Positions 1-13,812 are shown, counted from the whole stretch's first letter. The stretch: 63,516 nucleotides of DNA, filler included, from Octopus bimaculoides (GCF_001194135.2; 5 parts of 5 records of this genome joined end to end with filler, not necessarily neighbours in it); one strand, 5' to 3'. The notes: generated by a model from the letters alone, not told the origin. A program made the numbers and translations.

Positions 1-65
1 TATATATGTATACATGCACATATATACACATATCTATATGTATATAAGTAGATATATGTATACAC

Positions 66-108
<43 letters not shown>

Positions 109-2089
109 TAATAACATTTGTAATTGCATGTACGCGTGTGTTTGTATGGGTTTGTATAATATGATTTTATATATATGGTTATACTGATATACACGTACGT
201 AGGCATGTACGTATGTACGTGCATGTATTTATATACACACACTCACACACACACACATATATATATATACAAATATATATGTACCGAAATATATTTAAGC
301 AAACATCTCGTAACTTTCTACTCATATAAGCATATGTGTGTGGTGTTTCTTTTTTTATATATATTCATTAATATATATATATATATATATAAATATTTGT
401 ACAAATTAAGAGCATTTGTAAAATTGTGCTATTTGTGTATAAGCATTATACTATACGATACCCAAGCAAGTTGCTCATTTTTGAAAATCTAAAAAATTAT
501 ATATACAAATATATAATTAACAAAACACAATAATGACTTTTTACCGGAATAAATAAAACTGACCAAAGTAATATTTTTCAATTAATTGCCAATGTTGAAA
601 AATCTATGTCGGTGTTTTTCTTACAATAAACCCGCCTTTTAATAGAAAAAACAAATAATAATGTTCTCTTCGTTTTTTCTCGGTTCTTTATTTCATTTTC
701 ATTTTTTTTTTCGTCGGGTAATTAATTCATTTGAACCGATGCATTCATGTGATATAAAACCCCATTGTTCCTTCTTCTAATAATTTTATTTATACTGAGA
801 AGCCTGGACTTTTTGGTAACTTGTCTTAAATGTAACGGGGGAGGAGTCTTAAATTGTAGTATAAAAACAAAAACAAATCCATTTCTTTTATTTTTTATCA
901 TATATAACGTTATATATATATATATATATATATATATATNNNNNNNNNNNNNNNNNNNNNNNNNNNNNNNNNNNNNNNNNNNNNNNNNNNNNNNNNNNNN
1001 NNNNNNNNNNNNNNNNNNNNNNNNNNNNNNNNNNNNNNNNNNNNNNNNNNNNNNNNNNNNNNNNNNNNNNNNNNNNNNNNNNNNNNNNNNNNNNNNNNNN
1101 NNNNNNNNNNNNNNNNNNNNNNNNNNNNNNNNNNNNNNNNNNNNNNNNNNNNNNNNNNNNNNNNNNNNNNNNNNNNNNNNNNNNNNNNNNNNNNNNNNNN
1201 NNNNNNNNNNNNNNNNNNNNNNNNNNNNNNNNNNNNNNNNNNNNNNNNNNNNNNNNNNNNNNNNNNNNNNNNNNNNNNNNNNNNNNNNNNNNNNNNNNNN
1301 NNNNNNNNNNNNNNNNNNNNNNNNNNNNNNNNNNNNNNNNNNNNNNNNNNNNNNNNNNNNNNNNNNNNNNNNNNNNNNNNNNNNNNNNNNNNNNNNNNNN
1401 NNNNNNNNNNNNNNNNNNNNNNNNNNNNNNNNNNNNNNNNNNNNNNNNNNNNNNNNNNNNNNNNNNNNNNNNNNNNNNNNNNNNNNNNNNNNNNNNNNNN
1501 NNNNNNNNNNNNNNNNNNNNNNNNNNNNNNNNNNNNNNNNNNNNNNNNNNNNNNNNNNNNNNNNNNNNNNNNNNNNNNNNNNNNNNNNNNNNNNNNNNNN
1601 NNNNNNNNNNNNNNNNNNNNNNNNNNNNNNNNNNNNNNNNNNNNNNNNNNNNNNNNNNNNNNNNNNNNNNNNNNNNNNNNNNNNNNNNNNNNNNNNNNNN
1701 NNNNNNNNNNNNNNNNNNNNNNNNNNNNNNNNNNNNNNNNNNNNNNNNNNNNNNNNNTTTTTTTTTTTTTTTTTTTTCGCTTTTTTTTTTCATCAGTAAA
1801 TAATATCTCGATGTCATCATTTCTTTACTGTTTACTCTGTCACATTGCCCGAAAACTGGATCTTTGGAGTTAATGGATTTACATGTGTAATATTCTTGGC
1901 AGTATCATCTGTTAATTTGCCTTCTTTGGCTATTTTCTGTAAATAAAATATGACTAGAGCATTTCTAGATCATTGAGTTACATAAAACCTTGTTTATTTT
2001 TTGTGTGAAATCCTGATTATGTAATTGTCATACATTATAGTGACCTTAATAAAACGCGAATGCGAGCAGATCTGTATAAGAATATATAC

Positions 2090-2170
<81 letters not shown>

Positions 2171-2429
2171 TGTGTGTGTGTGTGTGATAAATTCAAATTA
2201 CGATAAACGTAAACAAACAAACGAAGTTTGCTTTTGGAAGCGTTGAGATGTCTTATAAAGTTAAAGAAGTGATTTTAAATTCTCAAACGCAGGATAGTGC
2301 TAATAATATAGCCTGAATAGGATAAACTACCCCTATTTTGCAGAAAAAAAGTGTAGGTGGTTAAATATTAAATATAATATATCATAATAAATATATTAAA
2401 TACAATATAATGGTTACAAATTTTGTCAC

Positions 2430-2625
2430 AAGGCCTGTCATTTCAGGGGAGAGAGTAAGTCGATTACATGAATCCTAGTGCTTCACTGGTACTTATTCTA
2501 TCGACCGCGAAAGGATGAACGACAAAGTTGACCAAGGCAGAATTTTAACTCAGAATGTAAAAACGGACGAAATGCCAGTAAGGATTTTGCCCGGCATGCT
2601 AACAATTCTGCCAGCTCGCCGTCTT
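2430..2625 (-). mobile_element. tRNA-derived SINE family B
   Basis: Core ttctgagttcaaattccgccgaggtcgactttgcctttcatcctttcggggtcgataaataagtaccag, repeated many times in the window. Confidence 0.82.
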
Positions 2626-2639
2626 ACCTTGAAGTGGTT

Positions 2640-2975
2640 CTAGTCGAATGAATCGACTCCAATACTTTTCTAAGCCTTGTACATAGTCTATCGATCTTTC
2701 TCGCGAAAACACTAAGTTACGTGCACGTAAGCACACCAACACCGGTGGTCAAGCGGTGGTGGGACAAACACAAACACAAAGACACGCACACATGGATATG
2801 TACATATCCATATATTCGACGGGTTTGTTACAGTTTCCGTCTACCAAATCCACTCACAAGACTTTGACCGGCCCAAGGCTTTAGTAGAAGACACTAGCCC
2901 AAGGTGCCACACATTGGGACTGAACACGGAACCATTTGGTTGGGAAGCAAGCTTCTTAACACATGGCCACACTTG
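2640..2975 (-). mobile_element. tRNA-derived SINE family A
   Basis: Shares head gtggtaagaagcttgcttcccaacc...gttcagtccc and body gtgagtggatttggtagacggaaactg with other copies here. Confidence 0.85.
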
Positions 2976-3282
2976 CATCTATGTAATATGATATATTTCA
3001 TATTATAAATATTATAAATATAATATAAAATAATATAATATGATATGTTATAATATAATATAATATAATATAATATAATATAATATAATATAATATATTG
3101 AATATGATATAATATTAAATGATATAATACAATTATAATTCGATCGGTTAATATATTAGAACCATCTACAAATCATTTCGTCCAATTTAGAATGTCTCGT
3201 GGCTCTTTTATGAACATACTATCTTCGTTCTGGAAGAAAATAAAAGTTATTAGCAACGTAAATTGTTTTACGAGTATTTCAG

Positions 3283-3342
3283 AAAAGGAGTGCTTTGGAA
3301 ATAACTCAGATTGTCGTTTGAGGAATTTGACAATTTCACGTG
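3283..3342 (+). CDS. Candidate RTK ectodomain exon (phase 1 to 1)
   Basis: gtatttcAG ... G|GTAAAT; KECFGNNSDCRLRNLTISR with 2 Cys and two N-x-S/T sequons. No homology support. Confidence 0.25.
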
Positions 3343-3497
3343 GTAAATCTAACCCAAAAAAGTACAGAGGTTTATAAAAAGAAATACAGGCACACAGATA
3401 GGAAGGTACATATATATATAGACACACACATACATGTATAACTACACACACCACACTCACACACACACACACACACGTACATTATACGTATACATAT

Positions 3498-3888
3498 ATA
3501 CTCTTACTCTTTTTACTCTTTTACTTGTTTCAGTCATTTGACTGTGGCCATGCTGGAGCACCGCTGCCAGTCGAGTTAATCGAACCCAAGATCCACTCCC
3601 TGGAAGCCTAGTACTTATTCTATCGGTCCCTTTTCCCGAACCGCTAAGTTACGGGGACGTAAGTTGGGAGGACAAACACAGACACACAAACATATACACA
3701 CACATACATATATATACATATATACGACGGGCTTCTTTCAGTTTCCGCCTACCAAATCCACTCACAAGGCTTTGGTTGGCCCAAGGCTATAGTAGAAGAC
3801 ACGTGCCCAAGGTGCCACGCAGTGGGACTGAACCCGGAACCATGTGGTTCGTAAGCAAGCTACTTACCACACAGCTACTCCTACGCCT
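3498..3888 (-). mobile_element. tRNA-derived SINE family A, full length
   Basis: Head, central microsatellite, and tail ...gactgaaacaagtaaaagagtaaaaagag. Confidence 0.9.
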
Positions 3889-4734
3889 ATATATATATAT
3901 ATGTGTCTGTGTGTGTGTGTGTGTATATACACACACATAAACACATAAAGTATACATATTTCTATACATTTATATACGTACGAAGAGGTATTGAAAAGTT
4001 CCTGGCTTTGAGTAAAAGAAAATACAGTAAGATCAGTTAATTATAATTTTTTTCAGGGCGGGGAGCTGGCAGAAATGCTGGCAGAATGAAATAATTCAAC
4101 AGATTTGTCGTTTCCTTCTTACGTAATCACAATATACATTTTCACTAACACAGTTAACTCAACTATGTGATATAGATAATCGCTTGAATTTATTCTACTT
4201 ATGTGACGCCATTGCAAATTAGCAAATAGATTTTGTACTATGTCTTCATACTTCAGCCTAGCGATTTCGATTTCGTTTAGCTAATGACGCAAGTTTTCGA
4301 CATTGATAAGCCGCATTGACGGTGAAGTACTCTATTTGCCGCTCTCGTGGTCACTTATGGAGAGATTTCTTTTCGCCTAGCTTTGAAGTATATTGCCATT
4401 TTTCTCCTTGCGCATCTTTAAAGGGATTTAACCGCTGTTTCTAGTATTAAAACAACACACGTACATTAAGTATGTGGTACTGAGAATTTTAAATTTAGAA
4501 TGCTGCTTCTGTTGCATAATTTGTATGTATGTATGTATGCATGTATGTATGTTTGTATGAATGTATAATACATATATATATATATATACATATATATATG
4601 TATGTGTATATATATATATACATACATATATATATGTATATATATACATACATACATACATACATACATGAAGAACCACAGCAATAAGTGTGTAAGTCTG
4701 AGAGGGAAATATGTTGAATAAAATCATAATTCTT

Positions 4735-4920
4735 TTCTATTCGAGGCACAAGGCCCGAAGTTTTGGGGGAGGGGGCCAATCGATCAGATTGACTACCAGT
4801 ACGCAACTGGTACTTAATTGATCGACCCCGAATGGATGAAAGGCAAAGTCAACCTCGGCGGAATTCGAACTCAGAACGTAGCGGCAGACGAAATACCGCT
4901 AAGCATTTCGCCCGGCATAG
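4735..4920 (-). mobile_element. SINE family B
   Basis: Same core; head cut at the junction with the Tx1 fragment. Confidence 0.85.
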
Positions 4921-5290
4921 TTAGTCGAGAGCAACGCGACACTCGCGGTGCCATTCGCCCTTCCTCGGCGTCTTCTTGATCCACGACTGCAGGTCGGTCA
5001 TGGAGACGAGCTGCGGGAACGCGCGCCTCACAAATACCTGTCCAACGTCGTCTACGTAGAGCCGGAGATGTCGCAGTTTCAGTGCGTGTCTGCGCATCAT
5101 CAACCACGGCATGCCCAGCCCTCTTTTCAGCGGGTGTTGGCAGCAAACGGATCGCCTGAGCATCGGAACGCTTCCTTTCCACAAGAAGCGGAAGAGGATG
5201 CGTTCCAGTTTGGTGATGGTAGGGTCGGGACAAGGCACGACGGTCAGGTGGTAGTAGATGACGCGATGTAGATCTTTCGAGTGCCGACAC
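4921..5290 (-). mobile_element. Tx1/L1-clade LINE ORF2 fragment (post-RT region)
   Basis: GC-rich island; MPCPDPTITKLERILFRFLWKGSVPMLRRSVCCQHPLKRGLGMP matches the F.FLW...GGLG segment after L1/Tx1 RT. Confidence 0.8.
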
Positions 5291-5529
5291 TCCGCTGGCT
5301 AGGTGAGCGGGCCAACATTCCATATTGCACCACTCCGCCTTTTCTGATGGAGAGAATGATTGGTGTAACGTAAAATGAAGTATTTTGCCCAAGAACACAA
5401 CGCCCAACCCCGGTCTGATATTCGAAACCACGATCTGTCGATCGTGGGTGCAACAGCCTTAACACTAGGCCATGCGCCTTCACATACACGCACACGCACA
5501 CATACACATATACACATAAATACACACAT

Positions 5530-5617
<88 letters not shown>

Positions 5618-6040
5618 CAAACGTGTATATGTATGTGTACGTATGCGCAGTAACAGACGTTTATGTCACTTCTTACAACTTCAACGGACCGGCATTTTAC
5701 GTGTGTCAGAAGACTCATTGAAAAGAATTTTTAATCATAATTTCTTCGTTGATTATATTCATTTTTTTTTTTTCTGTGAAATTGTTAAAATAAAATAAAA
5801 AAATATTTACAGTTATTTTGAAACGATGCGAAATCAGCGAATTACAACATGAAAGGATGAAAACAACAGGCGACTGCGGCACCGAACAAATTAATTAGGT
5901 CACTGTTTCAAGTAATTTTATTCTTCTTTTCTATTCATTTGACGATAAATTTATTCTATTGTGATTGACCAGGGAAAGCAGTTTTCTGTTTCCAAATTTT
6001 ACTAATTGTATATTGTTATTGCTATTATGATTATTATTAG

Positions 6041-6124
<84 letters not shown>

Positions 6125-6128
<4 letters not shown>

Positions 6129-8340
6129 GTCATTGCTATTATTTATTGTCTTTGCACAGCTTCTAACGCTGGAGATGTACTACGGTGCCAGCTGTTCATT
6201 ACTAGTGAACTAAGGTAACAGCCCTTATTTTTCCAGCACCATCCGGAGTATTCGAGCGATTCCAAGCAGTGCTGTTTTCTGCAAGTGCTTCACCCTTATT
6301 ACAGCCCCTATTTTTTCCACGTACCTCTCAAGATTTTCGCTCACTGTTCCCAGGGCTCTGACAATTATTGGTAATACTAACACCTTCTTCGGCGACCACA
6401 ACAGCTTAACCACCCAAGCTAACCTGTCGTATTTATCGACTTTTTTTCCTCCTTATCTCATACCTTGTTGGCAGCTGGGTATACTATATCTATGATCCAG
6501 CATAGTTTGGTTTCTTTCTCAATTAAGACTATGTCTGGCTTCCTATTCTTTATCTCATGGTTGCACTGAATCATAAAATCCCACAGGATCTTTGCATTAT
6601 CATTTTCGATGATGCCTTCGGGTTTGTGGTCGTACCAATGTTTTCCTCAGTCAAGTCCATACTTGTTGCAAAGTTTCCGATGAACAAGCTATATTATACT
6701 TCTTATATTGTCGTGGCGTCTCTTATATTCCTTCTGAGCTAGTAGCGAATATTGGCTGGTAATATGCCATACGGTTTCACTATTTTGTCCATAGATTCTG
6801 CACTTATCACTTTCTGAATTGTTGTCTACTCTGTATTTAATGAAGTTTGTTCTTAGTGCTTGCTCTTGGGCAGCACAAATTAGAGCCTCCACTTCCGGTT
6901 TGAAATCACTTTTAGTCATCCACAGCCATCTTTTTTCTCTATCTTCAACATCCCTATGAAATCATTCATGCATTCCTTGCTATATTGTCATGACGTCTCA
7001 TATTCTTTCTGGTCTAATGGCGTACATTGACTGGTAATATGCCATGTGGTTTCACCATGTTGTCCACAAATTCTGCACTTATCACTTACTGATGTGCTGT
7101 CTATTCTGTATTTGATGTAATTCGTTTTGTGTCCTTGCGCTTGGGCGGCACAAGCTAGGGCCTCCGTTTCTGGTTTTAAGTCACTTTTAGTCATCCATAT
7201 CCATCTTTTTTCTCTGCCTGTCTTATCTTCAACATCCCTATGAAATTATCCATGCATTCTTTTCTTTATCCATCTATTTTCAGTTTCATTCATTTTTAAG
7301 TGCTTGTGCAGTGCTTTATCTTTGCAATCTTTCGTCCTACACATGCCTGACCTTCTTACTTCCAATAATAGTGGCTCTGTGGCATGTTTCCATACCATGC
7401 TATGTTGTTTTCTTCTGCTCTAATGCTGTGTTTGCATCCAATAAGTCATCTTCCCCCTCTTTTTCTTGGTACATACAGTCTGTTAGTGTCACTTTTTTGG
7501 TGGAGTATCCCATGTCTTGTCAGCAACTTCCTTGTCTTTATAATTAAGTTGTTTAGTTCGTCTACAGTCCATGCGATTACCCCTGCTCCATATCAAAAGA
7601 GTGAAACCGCCCAGGTGTTCATAGTTTCAATCTTATTCCCTCCGTCCAAATTCCGACTTAAGGATCAGTCTCAGTCTGTGCAAGTACTCCACATTAAATT
7701 TTTCTGTCATTACTTTCTCTATCAATTTATCCATTTTCAATATTCCCAAATACTTATAGCCCGTCTCTTCTATTTGCTTCATAACCTCCCTCAGCGGTAT
7801 CGATAGCGCGTCCATACATTTGATTTTGCCTCTCTTCAAGACTAACACACCACACTTCCTCAGTCCGAAATTCATTCTGATATCATCACTGAAAGTATAC
7901 ACCGTATCAACGAGGGAACTGATTTAGGCTTCAGCTTTACCATAATGTTTGAGATCATCCATGAATAACAAATGGTTGACTTTTTGTTGGCGGCTTTTGA
8001 ATACATACCCAGCTTTTGCTTTTCTCAGTATCAGTGTTAGTGGTATCAAGCACAGTACAAAGATCAGTGGGGACAGGCAGTCCCTTTGGAAGATGCCCCC
8101 CTTGATTTCTACTCTCCTTAAACTTCTTCCGTATGCTGTTAGGTCCGTATTCCAATTCGCCATACTTTTTCCAAGCAATCGCTCAACATTCGATGCAATA
8201 CCAAATAGGTTCATACATTTCATTATCCAAGGGAGTGGGATCATATCGTACGCCTTACGATAGTCCATCAATGACATGGCTAAGTTACTTTTTCTCCTCT
8301 TGCAGTCTCTAAGTACAGTTTTGTCTATCAGGAGTTGATC
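6125..8340 (-). mobile_element. R4/Dong-like non-LTR retrotransposon with RT, zinc knuckle and restriction-like endonuclease, degenerate, 5'-truncated
   Basis: Fragments: DYRKAYDMIP, IKGGIFQRDCLSPLIFVLCLIPL, VNHLLFMDDLK (RT); KCRICG..ET.WHITSQC, KRRHDN (CCHC knuckle); PIIVRALG..LQKTALLGIARILR (RLE C-terminus); many stops and frameshifts; flanked by (ATT)/(AGT) tracts. Confidence 0.9.
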
Positions 8341-8342
8341 CG

Positions 8343-8411
<69 letters not shown>

Positions 8412-8415
<4 letters not shown>

Positions 8416-10215
8416 TAGTTTTATTTTTATAACATGCTTTCACTTCACTACCGAGCGTAGCTCTGTGTGCCTTGGTATGTGCTGGTGTTTTTGTTATGTA
8501 TTTGTCTGAATATTTTTTATCATATCTAATGCGCCCACTATGATAGGAATTGTTTCTGTTTTTAGATTCCACATTCGAGTTACCTCTATTTCCAGGTCTT
8601 TGTATTTTGAAAGTTTTTCCATTTCTTTTAGGGAAACGTTGTCATCTGCTGGTATTGATACATCAATTAGAAAGCATTTTTTCCTTCATGATCTCTGACA
8701 ACTATATCTGGCCTATTGGCCTTAATTTCTCTATCTGTGTGTTTTGGCATATCCCAGAGTATGGTTGCTTTCTCGTTTTCTGTGACCTTTTCTGGCNNNN
8801 NNNNNNNNNNNNNNNNNNNNNNNNNNNNNNNNNNNNNNNNNNNNNNNNNNNNNNNNNNNNNNNNNNNNNNNNNNNNNNNNNNNNNNNNNNNNNNNNNNNN
8901 NNNNNNNNNNNNNNNNNNNNNNNNNNNNNNNNNNNNNNNNNNNNNNNNNNNNNNNNNNNNNNNNNNNNNNNNNNNNNNNNNNNNNNTCTATTTCTTTTGC
9001 ATTTAGTTTAGCCCAGTATTTACCATGTAGAGGCTTTTCTTGCCATCGTTTTATCATGGTCCGTTGCTGTTCTAGTTTTAGTTTGGATTTCATTTGTTTT
9101 ATAGCTTTTGTTGTTTCTACTTCTTCTTCTTCTTCGTATTTGTTAGGTAGTATGATTTCTTGTTTGTATTTGTCAGCTTCCTTAAATACTGAAAACAGTT
9201 TTTTTGTTTTGCTCGTGTTTTGTGGCTATTTGTATTAGTTTTCCTTGCTTCTGGAGTAGGTATTTTTGCAGTCCTATGGTGGTTATTTTATAATAGTTTT
9301 CCAGCTGTATAAGGCCTCTACCACCTTTTATAGAGTTTTGTATTAGATTCAGGATATTGTGAGAAACCTGTAGTAGTTTAAGGCATTCAATAATCAACGA
9401 GTGTGAGACCATGTCATATGCTTTCCTGCAGTCCACCCATGACATCGCCAAATTTTTGTGTCTCTTCTTGCAGTCAGCCAGCATAATCGATTAGTAATTG
9501 ATCCTTTGTTCCTCTGCTCTTACGTCTACACCCTTTTTATTCCACCGGTTGTACGTCGTTCTCATCTAGGTACTTATAGACGCTGTTTGATATGATGCCT
9601 GTCACTAGTTTCCACATCAGTGGCAAACAAGATATTGGTCGGAAATTTCCAACCGCACTCCCTATATTTGGGTCCTTCTAACATAGTACCGTTTTTCCCT
9701 TTGACATCCAGACCGGTACTTGGATGTCACTATTCAGTATTTCGTCCATCTGTCTCGCAATTCTCCTGTGCAGAGCTGTCAAGTTTTTAAACCAAAAGCC
9801 CTGAGCACCATCTGGGCCAGGCTCTTTCCAGTTAGGAATTTTCCTGCACTGATCTCTAATCATCTCCTCGGTTATTCTCAAATCCTCCTGCTGATACCCC
9901 TCACTCTCCTCTTTGGGTGTCTTTAACCACTTTGCTTCAGTTTTATGTTGTTTCTCCTGAGACCATATGTTTGTCCAGAATTTTTTGCTTTCTTCAACAT
10001 CCGGCACGGCTTTTCCTCCTTTTCTTTCCCATCCAGTTCCTCATAGACTTGTTTCTGATTTTATTCGAAAAGTCTGTTTAATTTGTACTGCTCAATTGTT
10101 TGTTCATATCTCTTTACTTTATGTGCTGTAGCTTTCAACCTCTGTTTTAATTCCTCAATTACAACATTGATTCCCTTTCTCTTCACCCTCTCTAACTCAA
10201 CATATTTCTCTCGCT
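8412..10215 (-). mobile_element. Second R4/Dong-like LINE copy, internally deleted, interrupted by a gap
   Basis: [73 protein letters not shown], and RPDIVV/IDVSIP/EKLSKYKDLEIEVTRMW near the 3' end; 3' UTR abuts (TAA)n at 8345-8411. Confidence 0.88.
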
Positions 10216-10309
10216 GGACTTCATTTTTTTTTCGGTTCCAGAATATTAATATAAAAAGAAAATAAAGTGGAAAAAGGAAAGAAAATTCACAACAATATTC
10301 TTCTCAATG

Positions 10310-11400
10310 CATGTGACGTACTAGTAAAGACAACTTTTTACACTTCCTGCATGGATGATAAGCTAGGGATCATGTTCAAATAATTTTCAGTTCTTTTTTT
10401 GATCATTCCAAGTGCTCCTACAATCATTGGTATTGTAACCGTCTTGAAATGCCATCTCTTTTCGATTTCAATTAGCAAATCTTTATATTTTTTGAGCTTA
10501 TCAATTTCTTTTGCCGAGATTTTATGGACACAGGGTATGCTCATGTCAATCAATAAACAGACTTTATTGTATTCGTCTTTCACAACAATATCTGGTTTAT
10601 TTGCTTTGATGGTTCAGTCCATTTTCTCCCTCAGTCACAGTCTCAGGGTGGTGCTTGTACCATTTGTCAGCGGTTTTGATTTTATAATTCCGACATATTA
10701 AACACTATAGACATCAGCCAAATCCGTCATGTCTTGAGTTATGCTAAAATTTTGCACCCAGAGATTAGGTGGTCTCCTGTTTCAATCTCACCGTTGCAGT
10801 ATCGGCACTTTAGGTCTATTCCATTTTTCCTCATATTGGCTTCATAGTTTCGGATCAATAAGCTCTGATCAATAAGTTAAGATAAAGCCTTCGCTCTCTG
10901 CCTTTATCCCTCAGCTTCGAAGCCAATGATGAGTGTGCTTCTGGTCTACATCAGCTTATTTGTTATGGGCAACATATTTGTAATGCAGAGGTTTTTGTTC
11001 CCTCTATCAGCCAATTGTTCAAACGCATTTTGCTTTGCTATTGATTTCATCTTCTTTGCAACTACAGTTGCTACACTTCCATCATGCTGTTCAACCAGGG
11101 TATTATACACGAACTCACAAGCAAATTTATTTGCTCTCCTCTTTAACAGAATGAAGCTTCTTACGTCTCTGGTGGGTTTTCAACGAGCTTTAGCATCCAG
11201 TCGTTAGATGTTTCAAGATATTTTGCCAGTCCAAATGTGGTGGTTTTGTAAGAGATTTCAAAGTGGGTCAAGACATGACCTCCTTGAGTTCTGAAAGGTA
11301 AAGACGATCTACGTCTGCCTTTGGGTGGTTTAGCTTATTAACAACTTACGAATTTCCCTGTCAATTTTCTTTATTTCGCTGGTATTCCAGTTCAACACAT
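10310..11400 (-). mobile_element. Third R4/Dong-like LINE 3' fragment
   Basis: KPDIVVKDEYNKVCLLIDMSIPCVHKISAKEIDKLKKYKDLLIEIEKRWHFKTVTIPMIVGALG (RLE); upstream degenerate post-RT sequence. Confidence 0.8.
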
Positions 11401-12198
11401 TAAAACTGTAAATAATAACTGGAACTGCTAAGGAATTTACGGCTAACATCTTGTTACGTGCATTTAACTCAAACTCTCCTGTAACATTCATACCTGATTT
11501 TCTCTTTCATGCTTCCATGCTGAATGCCAGAACCCTTATTTATTCCGAGGTGTCTGTAAGTTTGTTCCTGCTCGAGTTCTTTTATTATTATTATTATTAT
11601 TATTATTATCATTATTATTATTATTATTATTACTATGGCCGCTATACTGTGAATGCGTACAAATTTGGAACTCCGTGATTTGTAAGCGTTTAATCAAGCG
11701 TTTCAGCTGGTTGCAGCCCGTTCAATTAAATATTTTAAATAATTGTTTTACTTGCATTGACTGGATCGCGGTGGTATCTCAGTAATAGTTGTTTTGCATT
11801 TTTTGCGAAGACACGAATTCATTTTTTTTAAATGTCGGATTACGACAAAATAATTATAATCGACAGAGAGCAGCGTTCTCGTCGTTTTAACACCGAACGC
11901 AGTTACGGCTGGAGTCAAAATTGATTTCTCGCCGAAGAGAAACAGAATTTCTTTTTGTTGCTATGATGGCAGTTACAAGTGCAAAGGTACTAAAAGCAAA
12001 TAAGACATTGAAAACAACGACGACTATGACAACAGCAGCAACAGAAACAACAATAATAGCAACTATCAGCAACAACATGAACAAAATTGAAAGCAACAAC
12101 AACGAAAAGAACAACGCAGTTAGCGATGATATTCCTCGCATTCGGTAAAAATGTGTTTATTACGGTAGTTAACGTGAGGCATTCTTGTATAGTTATGC

Positions 12199-12232
<34 letters not shown>

Positions 12233-12499
12233 ATGATAACCATAGTATAAACTGTGAAGAAAACAACAACGACCACAGCAGCAGCAACAACAACAACAGT
12301 AGCATAAAGAACCACAACAAGGCTATATTTTTTCGACGGCAGTTTAGCCAGTAGACCGTTCTTACGGTTCAAGATTTCAAAGATAAAAGCACCGTAAAAC
12401 AAAAGTGACTTTTCGCAACCAGGTGTTATGTGTTTCGGTGAGGAGGGGCAAAAATTTCTGAATGACAAACAATTTTCTACGAATGTGTTTCTCGTAAGG

Positions 12500-13195
12500 A
12501 GAGGAAACTTAAATGTCTTACTCCGGCAGAGACTGAAAATGCCTCCAAGATGTTCGGCCCTCAGGTAAGCAATATGGGATGGTAGCTGCCATATGCAACA
12601 GTGAGCAGGAGGCCAGAAGAATGGTAATCATAACTTGCACGTCCCAGGCATTTGTGATGGAGGGTGGAGAGAAGTACTGCCCCTCCAGTATTTTTGTTGA
12701 AAAGTGAATGTGGTGAGGATGGGCCTACTCAGAACATATGCTTCTAAGACGTAGGAGCTGAGAAGGAGAGAGGCACCTACTGAGCTGCTTCTGGGGGTCG
12801 GGTTAACCAGGATGCGTTGGATTCCTTAGATGTCCTTGGGTCGAACTCACCCTATGGAGGAATTTTATTGTTGAATTTTTGTTAATTGCGCTTGTTCCAT
12901 TTTTTATACACGAATTTTTGTGCTAAACTCCACTTGTCCCTTGTGTTGTATTGTCCTGTTTTGTTTTGTGTTCGGCCTTTGTGGATGAAATGGAGAGGGC
13001 AGAGTAACCAGGGGTTTTGTTGGGTTTCCACGAGCAGCTCTTGGGAACCTCCTTATTTGAGGGATTTATTTGTTATAATATTTTTAATATTTTCATTGTT
13101 ATTACATTTTTCGTGAGTAAATCCTGCTCTTTTTGTATTGTATTGTGCTGTACCGTCCCTAATCTTTTATATAAACCCTCAGGGGTCAATAAAGA
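12500..13195 (+). mobile_element. Probable Tx1/L1-like 3' remnant with T-rich 3' UTR
   Basis: Degenerate coding-like segment then GT/T-rich UTR ending gtcAATAAAgaaa, similar in style to 50600-50760. Confidence 0.4.
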
Positions 13196-13209
13196 AAAGA
13201 TTATTACCA

Positions 13210-13790
13210 TTGTTGTTGTTGTTGTTGTTGTGGTTGTTGTTGTTGAGTGAGAGAGCAGTACATGCCATCAAAGTGACACTGGGGTAAAATATACGAAGCT
13301 CAGCACACCCAACACAACTACCAGTCTGATAAAGCTACACTGGGCATATGCAACACAACCATATGTGCATGACATGGTGATCTTATATCAAGATAAACAG
13401 CACATGACCTTGCAGGTGGGACCCAGTTAGAATTTTCTTCAGGTCGAGTAGCCTATCCCGCTGAAAAAGTCCCTGAATAAGGGTTGCTTAAGGATTTGAA
13501 TGAAACACCCATGTTTCCAGAGGTGAATTATCCAAACCCCCAAAGAATTCTTCTCAACACATGGCTATGATGCTCCCCCACTACTTCTGCTCGTGATCAG
13601 AGATGCAGATATCGTCAGCCACCAAGGGACATGCTCAACTGGTTTAAAGTCAAGCAACTGACAAGCAAATTTGTGATACTGAGCAGAATATTTGCTGTAG
13701 CCCATCTTTTATACCAAGACAAAAGAATATATATGATAACACTTCCAAACAGTTAAAATTAGAAGCCATGTGAGCCACTGTCTAGTACTG
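13210..13790 (-). mobile_element. ~570 bp SINE-like interspersed repeat with (CAA)n tail
   Basis: Non-coding block bounded by (GTT)n at 13210-13245 and (ATT)n at 13800; family recognition from memory only. Confidence 0.4.
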
Positions 13791-13812
13791 CATGAAGGCA
13801 TTTATTATCATG

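Noticed and set aside
175-492. Numerous poly-I/N/L, HT, YI, CV and SL repeat ORFs
   Set aside because: Translations of microsatellites, with no splice or domain support.
765-1820. Long ORFs in the track spanning N runs (also 13792, 20602, 25803, 47528 and others)
   Set aside because: Length comes from Ns; only the TM exon inside 25803-26867 is real.
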